In this document: positions 53,071 to 59,454 of the stretch, piece by piece | Layout of the letters: every line of letters starts with the position of its first letter | How positions within the stretch are numbered: the first letter of the stretch is position 1 | Source: a virus | Lineage: Duplodnaviria; Caudoviricetes | Virus record (IMG/VR): IMGVR_UViG_3300014720_001630 | Coordinates: 1-59,454 of that record | DNA: 59,454 nt | Direction: 5' to 3' (one strand) | Notes under the pieces: generated by a model | Told to the model about the DNA's origin: nothing | The model's database searches: none | What the model saw: only the letters and a program-made list of their open reading frames with translations | Translations under genes and position numbers: made by a program

Positions 53071-53548
53071 ACTGACGCCGGGGCAACTGCGGGACTTGGC
53101 GCAAGTATTGCGCGACGCGAGCGGGATCACATGGAACGGCTTGCTCGAAGAAGCCGCGCGCCGCGAGGCCGATGCGAAGCCGCAGTGGTCCGATGCAGGG
53201 CAAGTCTGGGCGACCGCGACTGGTAAAGCCCCGGCCCCCGCCGACGATCTGCACAAGGCCATCGACAAACTGAGCGATGCAGTTTCCCGCTTCCGCAACA
53301 GTATGCACGGCCAATCGCAGACCGACTACAAGGCGCAGGCTGACGCGCTCAACGCCCGCGACGAAATCAAGGCGCTGTTTTCGGCACTCAAGGCCGACAA
53401 CGCGCGGCTGCGGGAGGTTATGGGCAACGTGCTCCCGATGATCGGCGTGCGCCTCGATGCAAGGAGCGACGCACAGCGCGCCTGCGACATCAACGCGGCT
53501 TGGCACATGCTGAGCAACGCCCTCGCGGCAGGAGGCGACCGTGGCTAG
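53060..53548 (+). CDS. Hypothetical early protein
   Basis: Overlapping packing and SD. Confidence 0.65.
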   Translation: MTDKLTPGQLRDLAQVLRDASGITWNGLLEEAARREADAKPQWSDAGQVWATATGKAPAPADDLHKAIDKLSDAVSRFRNSMHGQSQTDYKAQADALNARDEIKALFSALKADNARLREVMGNVLPMIGVRLDARSDAQRACDINAAWHMLSNALAAGGDRG

Positions 53549-53804
53549 ACCGACGCTGAAAGAGCGGGCGTGGGGCATGGTGCGCCGCAAGTTCGGGCCA
53601 CACGGCATTCCGCCTGTGCGCGAGGCCTACGCGAACGGTGTCATCGCAGGCTGGCACGCGCGAGGCCGGGTCGAGCAGCTCACGAAGGCACGGCGCGCGG
53701 TGGTCGAGGCGGCTATCCGTTGTCACAACCGAGATTTTCGAGACGGAGTGAACGCTCTTGTAAAGGCCATCGCCAATCTCGAACGCGCACGGAGGAAGGC
53801 ATGA
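53541..53804 (+). CDS. Hypothetical early protein
   Basis: AGGAGG SD. Confidence 0.65.
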   Translation: MARPTLKERAWGMVRRKFGPHGIPPVREAYANGVIAGWHARGRVEQLTKARRAVVEAAIRCHNRDFRDGVNALVKAIANLERARRKA

Positions 53805-54064
53805 GCACGAATACCGACTTAATCGCCGCCGCCGTCGCGGAACTCAGCGGAGAGCACGCCGCAATTACGGCATTTGGATGCGCGCGCGAACTCGCCGCCG
53901 TGTTCGTCGCTGCTGCCCGGCACCGTGAAGCCGTCGCAGTTTGCCTAGAGGCATCGCGCGGGGACGACGACGAAGCCTATCGCAAGGCGTGCATCGAACT
54001 GGATGCCTCTGCCGCCGAACTCGACGCCGCCCTCGCACGCGCGGCAGAGGCGGTGATGCGATGA
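53801..54064 (+). CDS. Hypothetical early protein
   Basis: GGAGG SD and ATGA overlap. Confidence 0.65.
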   Translation: MSTNTDLIAAAVAELSGEHAAITAFGCARELAAVFVAAARHREAVAVCLEASRGDDDEAYRKACIELDASAAELDAALARAAEAVMR

Positions 54065-54333
54065 AGATCAACGTAACAGACCTGCCGACGTTCTCGCAGC
54101 CCGTCGTCGGCAACGTTTACGGGATCAGCGGCGGATACGGACGCAAGGCCGGTCATTGCATGGTGCTGCTGGCAATCACTGAACGCGGTGCTTGCTTGAT
54201 GCTGATCGTGGACAAGGAAGGCAATCCAGTCGGCGTGACCTCGTACAACCTGCACTCAATCGAGGATCGTGCGCCGATTGCTTTCGTGCGCGGGCTCGAC
54301 GCACTCAACCTCACGATGGAGCCTTTGTCATGA
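54061..54333 (+). CDS. Hypothetical early protein
   Basis: ATGA overlap. Confidence 0.65.
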   Translation: MKINVTDLPTFSQPVVGNVYGISGGYGRKAGHCMVLLAITERGACLMLIVDKEGNPVGVTSYNLHSIEDRAPIAFVRGLDALNLTMEPLS

Positions 54334-54584
54334 ACGACCGCGACGACACGCCTGCGTTTCCGACGCCGTTTCTCGACACGGAAGCGGGCCGCGTGTACGC
54401 CGAACGCCTTGGCGGCATGTCCCTGCGTGACTGGTTCGCCGGTCAGGCGCTTGCGGGGCTTTGCGCGTTTTCGGGGCGCATCAAGGGCGAATACTCACCC
54501 ACGCCAAAATTACATGCGCAAACGGCCTACGAATACGCCGACGCCATGATGGCCGCACGCAAGGAGAAGCCCGATGCAGAATGA
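54330..54584 (+). CDS. Phage protein of the PAFP...GMSLRDWFA pattern
   Basis: PAFP, GMSLRDWFAGQALAG, AYEYADAMMAAR. Confidence 0.8.
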   Translation: MNDRDDTPAFPTPFLDTEAGRVYAERLGGMSLRDWFAGQALAGLCAFSGRIKGEYSPTPKLHAQTAYEYADAMMAARKEKPDAE

Positions 54585-54849
54585 CACCAATCTCGACGCG
54601 CTGATCCGCCGACACCACGACGCGGTAGTTCGCTGGACGATGCTCGACAGTATCGCGCATCTGCGCGAGGTAAATGCAGCCGAAGCAGCCCTGCGCGCCC
54701 GCGCCGAAGCAGCCGAGGCCGATGCGGACCAGTTGCGCGACTTTGCAATCTGGATGACAGGTTGCGGATACGACTTTGCTTCCGTCCCCGCGTTTCGCGA
54801 GCGCCAACATTTGCTGATCAAGAAGGAGCCGACCGATGATAAAGCGTGA
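54574..54849 (+). CDS. Hypothetical early protein
   Basis: AAGGAG SD. Confidence 0.65.
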   Translation: MQNDTNLDALIRRHHDAVVRWTMLDSIAHLREVNAAEAALRARAEAAEADADQLRDFAIWMTGCGYDFASVPAFRERQHLLIKKEPTDDKA

Positions 54850-55231
54850 CGAGGCCGAGCGGCTGCTGGACGACTATCGCGATTGGGTTTACGCGAACGC
54901 GGGCCTTCAGGCATCGGCGCAAGACATACCCCGCGAGCACAAAGCCCGCGCCGGTGTGCTCGCCGCGATGACGCCTCAGTGGCTTCCTATGGAAACGCTC
55001 GTTCACAAACACGTTGACGACAAGCCGCTGACGGTCGAGGGCAAGATTGTGCCCGCAACCTACACCAGCGACCCGGTAATCCTGACGAACGGCAAGCGCG
55101 TTTGGGTCGAGCGCAGCGTCATCATCGGCGGCGCGAGGTCGTCGAGCGCGGACAAATTCACCGCGTACCCGAGCGGCGACAAGCCCACCCACTGGATGCC
55201 CCTTCCCGCAGCCCCCGAAGTGCCCCGATGA
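54836..55231 (+). CDS. DUF551-like protein
   Basis: W.PMET...PTHWMPLPAAP. Confidence 0.7.
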   Translation: MIKRDEAERLLDDYRDWVYANAGLQASAQDIPREHKARAGVLAAMTPQWLPMETLVHKHVDDKPLTVEGKIVPATYTSDPVILTNGKRVWVERSVIIGGARSSSADKFTAYPSGDKPTHWMPLPAAPEVPR

Positions 55232-55461
55232 CCAAGCCCACGATCAGCGTCGGGGATGTATCCAGATTCTGCGAGGTCGCGGGCATTAAGAGGCCGGGAC
55301 TCGGCACCGTAGATAGCGCGGCCCTCTCGAACGCCCTCGCCGACTTCCTCGCGCGCCGGGTGCCGGATGCGCGGGATGCCGGGCACAAGGACGATGAGGT
55401 CGGGTATTGCAACGCGGGCTTCAATGCCTGCCGCGACATGGTTTTGCGAGGTGGCAAATGA
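55228..55461 (+). CDS. Hypothetical early protein
   Basis: ATGA overlap; GFNACR..VL tail. Confidence 0.65.
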   Translation: MTKPTISVGDVSRFCEVAGIKRPGLGTVDSAALSNALADFLARRVPDARDAGHKDDEVGYCNAGFNACRDMVLRGGK

Positions 55462-55703
55462 CCCGCGCCGAACTCCGAGAGGCCGTGGCGCGGGCGATCT
55501 ACGCTGCGGAATGCCCGTCAGGCAGACTGTGGAACGACAGGCCACAGGGCACCCAGGGCGCGTACCTGAGATTGGCCGACGCCGCGCTCGCAGTCGCGCT
55601 GCCGGTCTTGCGGGAGCATTTTGCCGAGATTGCGGAAGATGTAGGGGCGGACGGATCCAGCGAGGCAGCCAGCCGCATCCGCGCTGACGAGGGGCCGGCG
55701 TGA
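55458..55703 (+). CDS. Hypothetical early protein
   Basis: GAGG SD; EAVARAI...Y...ADAAL pattern. Confidence 0.65.
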   Translation: MTRAELREAVARAIYAAECPSGRLWNDRPQGTQGAYLRLADAALAVALPVLREHFAEIAEDVGADGSSEAASRIRADEGPA

Positions 55704-56068
55704 AACACCCATACCTCGACTGGCTCGGCCCTCGCCTGTCGAGCCTAGGCATAGAAGTGCTGCGTCTCGACATAGGCCGCGTCCACGCCAAGCTCTACCT
55801 CACCTACGCCGGCCGCACCAGGTTCGTCACGATCCCCAACTCCCCGTCCGATCGCCGCGGCGTGCGCAACTGTCTCGCCGACATCAAGCGCGAACTCAAT
55901 TGGAAGCCCGAGCCGAGCCCTCGCCCGTCGAGACTAAAAAAGTCACGACCATCTGTCCGTGAGCGAGCCCCGCATGCGGTCGCCGCGCCGCTGCCCGTGA
56001 CTGTCGGGGCGGATCCTTGGGCGGCGCTAGCTAAGTGGGCGACTGATCCCGAGAATAAGCACGACTAA
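55700..56068 (+). CDS. HicA-like (dsRBD-fold) protein
   Basis: H.KL.......T.P.SPSD.R...N..A.I.R pattern. Confidence 0.55.
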   Translation: MKHPYLDWLGPRLSSLGIEVLRLDIGRVHAKLYLTYAGRTRFVTIPNSPSDRRGVRNCLADIKRELNWKPEPSPRPSRLKKSRPSVRERAPHAVAAPLPVTVGADPWAALAKWATDPENKHD

Positions 56069-56132
56069 TGCAAGCATGTCCGAGTCAGTTTGCAGCGCTA
56101 TTAGGCCGCGGGCTAATTCTGTCGCGGCCGAC

Positions 56133-56162
56133 AAGAAAAACCCCGCCGGTGGTTTGGCGGGG
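56133..56162 (-). terminator. Intrinsic terminator of the leftward early operon
   Basis: CCCCGCC/GGCGGGG stem followed by TTTTTCTT on the - strand. Confidence 0.85.
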
Positions 56163-56188
56163 CTCGGGGGTCGGCTTGGTTGCGGGCG

Positions 56189-56383
56189 CTATGCGGTTTG
56201 CTTCCCGTGCAGCGCCACGGCTGCCATTGCATCGCGCCACCCTTGCGCGTGCCCGGCGTTGAAGGCGTCGGCTAGTCCCGGCTGCCCGGCCGGAGTCGGG
56301 TATTTCTTGAACGTGTCGGCGTGCCAAGCCAGCGCGTCGGTGCAGGCCTGGTGCTGGTAGTTGAGGGATTCGCGTAGGGTCAT
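56189..56383 (-). CDS. Hypothetical early protein
   Basis: ATGA overlap. Confidence 0.65.
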   Translation of the reverse strand: MTLRESLNYQHQACTDALAWHADTFKKYPTPAGQPGLADAFNAGHAQGWRDAMAAVALHGKQTA

Positions 56384-56709
56384 GCCGCACCCCCTTTCGC
56401 CGCGGCGATGGCGCGGCCAACGTCGCGGTTGGCTTCGATTTGCATCTGCACCATGCGCTTGCGCTCGCCGTCAACGTGCGGCAAGCATGCGGTTAGAACG
56501 GCCGTCGAGCAATTGAGGGATTCCAGCATCGCCGGCGCGGCGGCCAACAATGCCGCGTTGGCGTCGGCCTCCTCCTTTGACCTGCGCGGCGCGTCGGCAT
56601 TGACTAGGGCCACGCATCCCGCGCGCTTGCCGGCCCATATGATCGGGTCGTTGCCGGCCCGCTTGCTGCCAACGTGCCACGGTCCCGGCGTGTGTGTCTT
56701 GTCGGTCAT
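56380..56709 (-). CDS. Phage HTPGPW-pattern protein
   Basis: HTPGPW...ANA.L.AAAP.ML. Confidence 0.8.
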   Translation of the reverse strand: MTDKTHTPGPWHVGSKRAGNDPIIWAGKRAGCVALVNADAPRRSKEEADANAALLAAAPAMLESLNCSTAVLTACLPHVDGERKRMVQMQIEANRDVGRAIAAAKGGAA

Positions 56710-56741
56710 GTCCTGTGCTCCTGTCTTGGGGTTGCCGAGGG

Positions 56742-56978
56742 TTACCATACGGACGAATCCGTATCCGCCTGCGCGTCACGCTTGACGCGGTAGTCTATCC
56801 GCACGGCGAGCCATGCCGGCGCTGCCGCCCGTGCCGCCCGGATCCGCTGCACGTCTGCCGGGCTCCGCAAAGCCCGGCGTCGTATCTCGCCCGTCCGCGC
56901 GTCCGTCCATGTCGCCCAAGCGATCGGCGGGGCGAGCATCGCAAGCGCGCGGGCGCTGGATTCGGAGAGGCGGCCCAT
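56742..56978 (-). CDS. Hypothetical protein
   Basis: TAATG coupling with the upstream gene. Confidence 0.55.
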   Translation of the reverse strand: MGRLSESSARALAMLAPPIAWATWTDARTGEIRRRALRSPADVQRIRAARAAAPAWLAVRIDYRVKRDAQADTDSSVW

Positions 56979-58852
56979 TAGGGCGCCTCGATGACGAGCA
57001 ACGCGACGTTAACCGCCGTGCCTTGCTCGGCAAACGAGCCCGCGGGCAACTCCTCCCAGTGTGTCGCCATGGGTGCAAGGTGCTCCTTCTGGCGCGGCCC
57101 GTTGGCGCACAAGGCGACAAGTCGGCCGCCCGGCTTCAACATGCGCGCGGCATGCTGAATATGCTTGATGTCAGCCGCATTCCCAAAAGGCGGGTTCATA
57201 ACGATGCGGTCGAATGGCTCGAAATCCTCGGGCACGTTTTCGAGGAAGTCGTTGCAATGCACGTTTGTTAGCGGAAACTCCGCTTGCAGTCTGCCGGCGA
57301 GTTTCGGGTTGATTTCCACGGCATGAACCGTGCCGCGCTCGGGATTGTGCCCGAACATGCGGCCGCCCATGGCGCCTAGCAAGTTGCCCGTCCCCGCGCT
57401 CGGCTCTAGCACGCGATGCCCTGGCTCGATGCCGGCGAGATCCACCATGCGCGCGGCAATAGGCGCCGGCGTCGGGAACAGTTGCGGCGCTGCGACAACC
57501 TGAACGCCTGCCTTGAGTGCGGCGCGCATGTCCGCCGCAGGGTCCGGCGCCCGCTTGACGGAAACTAGGGCGGCGCGCTGGGCCTCGGCTTTGTCAAAGT
57601 CCTCGCGCGATTGCAAAAGCCAAAAGCCTATTCCGTCCGGCGCTTCCTTGATCCGCCCTTGCGCCCGCGCCTCCTCTACCTGCGCCCGCGTCATCACGTC
57701 GCGCAACTTGTCGAAGGGCTCCTTGTGGTCGAACACGCGGCCCCCGTCGTTCCAGCGGTGTTGAATCGTCACCGTTACCTTGTTGACCTTCTTAATGTAC
57801 GCCCATCCGCCGCGCGGCCCCCACAAGCTGAGCACGGCGCCCCCGACCTCCGGCTTGCGCTGGTCGGCAACTGTGCCCCCGGCCTCGGCCAGCATGGCGC
57901 GCTCGTACTCCAGGCGGTTATTGTAATGAGCACGCCACCGGGCGCGGTGCGCGGTCGCGCGCTCGGCCGCGGCCTTGATCTTCGCCATAACCTCGTCGAT
58001 CGTCATCACGGGCGCGGCCTTGTAGCGCTCCTGGGCCGGAAGCCGCAACACGTCGTAGGCGCTCCAGGTCTGCCCGTTCTCGCCTCGGGCGACATAAAAG
58101 CCCGCATGTTCGCGCCCCGCGATATAGGCGGCGCGCTCCTCGCGCGTTAGCGTGGTCCCGTCCTCGCGCGGCTTCCACTTGTCCGGCATGTCCACAAGCT
58201 CCCAAAGCCGCAGCGTGGCGGCCGATTCCTTGTCCTGCTTGTCGAGCTTGCGCAAGTCCGCCTCAATACCCTTGATGCGACGCGCGCGCACGGCGGGAAG
58301 CTCCTTATATTTGGCGTGGGCAAGTGCTCCGGCCGCGCGTGCCTGCCAATATTTCGCCGTGTCCCACATTTTGACGGCTTTCCGCATGCCGTTTTCTATG
58401 CGCTCGGCGTCCTTGCGCGCGTGGCGCTCGCTGTGGTGCCCGATCAAAATCGGCTGCCCGAGCGGGATGTGCTCGACAATTCCCGCAACGGCTTTTTGCG
58501 CCCGCTCGGCGTCTGCCGTCCGTTTCTCGGTGTACTCCTCGAAACGCTCGGCTCGCTCCTCGGCGCGCTCGGCGAGCGTCTTGTCCTCGTCGTCGATCTC
58601 GCCGCAAAGCTCAATTGCGAGATCCTCGCGGCCTGGCGTCCACATTGGCGCTACAAAAAGTTCTTGTTTCGGCGCCCACTTGAACCCGGCCGCCTTGACG
58701 CGCGCGTAAGTCTCCGCGTCCAGTCGGTGCCGGGGGTAGATTCGCAGTTTGTTGTCGTCGGGCGAATATGTCGCCGTGCCAATATAGGCGCGGTCGGGCG
58801 CAACCGGGGCGTCGGCTTCCGGTGCGGCGTGCGGCGTGTCTTGGTTGTCCAT
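56978..58852 (-). CDS. DUF3560-like domain fused to an N6-adenine methyltransferase
   Basis: ATYSPDDNKLRIY, GQPILIGHHSE; C-terminal QLFPTP, VLEPSAGTG, IVMNPPF. Confidence 0.9.
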   Translation of the reverse strand: MDNQDTPHAAPEADAPVAPDRAYIGTATYSPDDNKLRIYPRHRLDAETYARVKAAGFKWAPKQELFVAPMWTPGREDLAIELCGEIDDEDKTLAERAEERAERFEEYTEKRTADAERAQKAVAGIVEHIPLGQPILIGHHSERHARKDAERIENGMRKAVKMWDTAKYWQARAAGALAHAKYKELPAVRARRIKGIEADLRKLDKQDKESAATLRLWELVDMPDKWKPREDGTTLTREERAAYIAGREHAGFYVARGENGQTWSAYDVLRLPAQERYKAAPVMTIDEVMAKIKAAAERATAHRARWRAHYNNRLEYERAMLAEAGGTVADQRKPEVGGAVLSLWGPRGGWAYIKKVNKVTVTIQHRWNDGGRVFDHKEPFDKLRDVMTRAQVEEARAQGRIKEAPDGIGFWLLQSREDFDKAEAQRAALVSVKRAPDPAADMRAALKAGVQVVAAPQLFPTPAPIAARMVDLAGIEPGHRVLEPSAGTGNLLGAMGGRMFGHNPERGTVHAVEINPKLAGRLQAEFPLTNVHCNDFLENVPEDFEPFDRIVMNPPFGNAADIKHIQHAARMLKPGGRLVALCANGPRQKEHLAPMATHWEELPAGSFAEQGTAVNVALLVIEAP

Positions 58853-58884
58853 GTGCTTTTGTCTCCTGTCGATGCGAGCGGCCG

Positions 58885-58951
58885 GCCGGCCCCTCTAATG
58901 CCCTAAGCCCGGCCTCGTCTCCGAGGTCCGGGCTGTTGCGGGCGAGCCAGC
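58885..58951 (-). other. Long irregular intergenic stem-loop with a GAGA tetraloop
   Basis: AGCCCGG/CCGGGCU and CCUCG/CGAGG, enclosed by GCCC/GGGC and outer pairings. Confidence 0.6.
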
Positions 58952-58956
58952 GCGGG

Positions 58957-59199
58957 CTATGCCGTGGCGCGCACCTCCTGCCGTATCCGGTCGGCCTCTG
59001 CCTGCGCGGCCTCGCGTGTCTCGAACGGCCCCGCGATGATCTCGGGCCGCACGTATGACGGCCGCGCGCGGTCGCCTCGATAGGCGCTGACGTGCCAGGC
59101 GCCCGTTCCCGGTCGGCCGAGCGCGGCCGGCCAGGTGCTTGTTGGGTAGGCGAATCCGGCGACGATATGGCCGCGCAGAATGTCCCGCCTGCGTGGCAT
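58957..59199 (-). CDS. Hypothetical early protein
   Basis: GGAGG SD; GPFETREAA motif. Confidence 0.65.
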   Translation of the reverse strand: MPRRRDILRGHIVAGFAYPTSTWPAALGRPGTGAWHVSAYRGDRARPSYVRPEIIAGPFETREAAQAEADRIRQEVRATA

Positions 59200-59201
59200 G
59201 C

Positions 59202-59453
59202 TCACGCCTCCGCCCGGTCTTGCCCGTGGTAGATATCCACCGGCACGCGCTCGCCGCCGATCAGCACCCAAGCGGATCCGGCATTTGCGTATTGCGTGAC
59301 GTAGACCCGGCGCCAGCGTCCTTCCCATTGCACCATATGGCGCGAGGGAATGCGGGCGCCGTACCCGGTCGCCGTGTAGGTCAAGCCCTGGCGCTGCCAA
59401 CCGAGCGGCGCGTGCTTGTACGGCACGGGGATTGTCTGGAACGTGTCGCGCAT
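59202..59453 (-). CDS. Small phage protein (GYG.RIP...RWRRVY pattern); start may lie beyond the window
   Basis: TATGYGARIPS...WRRVY...Y.NAGS. Confidence 0.7.
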   Translation of the reverse strand: MRDTFQTIPVPYKHAPLGWQRQGLTYTATGYGARIPSRHMVQWEGRWRRVYVTQYANAGSAWVLIGGERVPVDIYHGQDRAEA

Positions 59454-59454
59454 C

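Noticed and set aside
1-59454. Integrated prophage boundaries or att sites
   Set aside because: No host genes, integrase or tRNA target are visible; phage-type genes run to both edges.

Overview
The window is most of the genome of a GC-rich tailed dsDNA phage, truncated at the left end (it starts inside a gene) and with no flanking host DNA. The SSB sequence and promoter style suggest an alphaproteobacterial host. The virion looks podovirus-like: portal, adaptor, nozzle and internal ejection proteins are present, and no tail tube or tape-measure gene was recognised. Layout: (1) 1-2990, small rightward genes including a DUF6745-like/QGDV pair and ssb. (2) 2974-39738, one long + strand late region: TerL, portal, GroES-like, scaffold, decoration protein, major capsid, a two-domain glycosyltransferase, fibres, a lysis cassette, adaptor/nozzle and four ejection proteins including a 2288-aa polyvalent protein. 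(3) 39740-40671, a divergent promoter pair driving a leaderless Cro-like gene rightward and a highly structured non-coding RNA leftward. (4) 40668-52559, a - strand replication/recombination arm: RecT, YqaJ, Prim-Pol/D5 helicase, a C5 methyltransferase with a nested alternative-frame gene, a displaced TerS, VRR-NUC, an N6 methyltransferase, an intein-containing helicase and a second Cro-like gene. (5) 52684-59454, convergent arrays of small early genes including a DUF3560-methyltransferase. No integrase, CI-type repressor, DNA polymerase, tRNA or CRISPR array was recognised. The strongest leads are a candidate RNA-based control layer (a structured RNA where a CI gene would normally sit, plus an MmgR/SuhB-like anti-Shine-Dalgarno sRNA in the head operon) and a recurring Phi-x-x-G-G-x-V motif that delimits modules in internal virion proteins. 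All family names come from motif recognition by eye, not from database searches.
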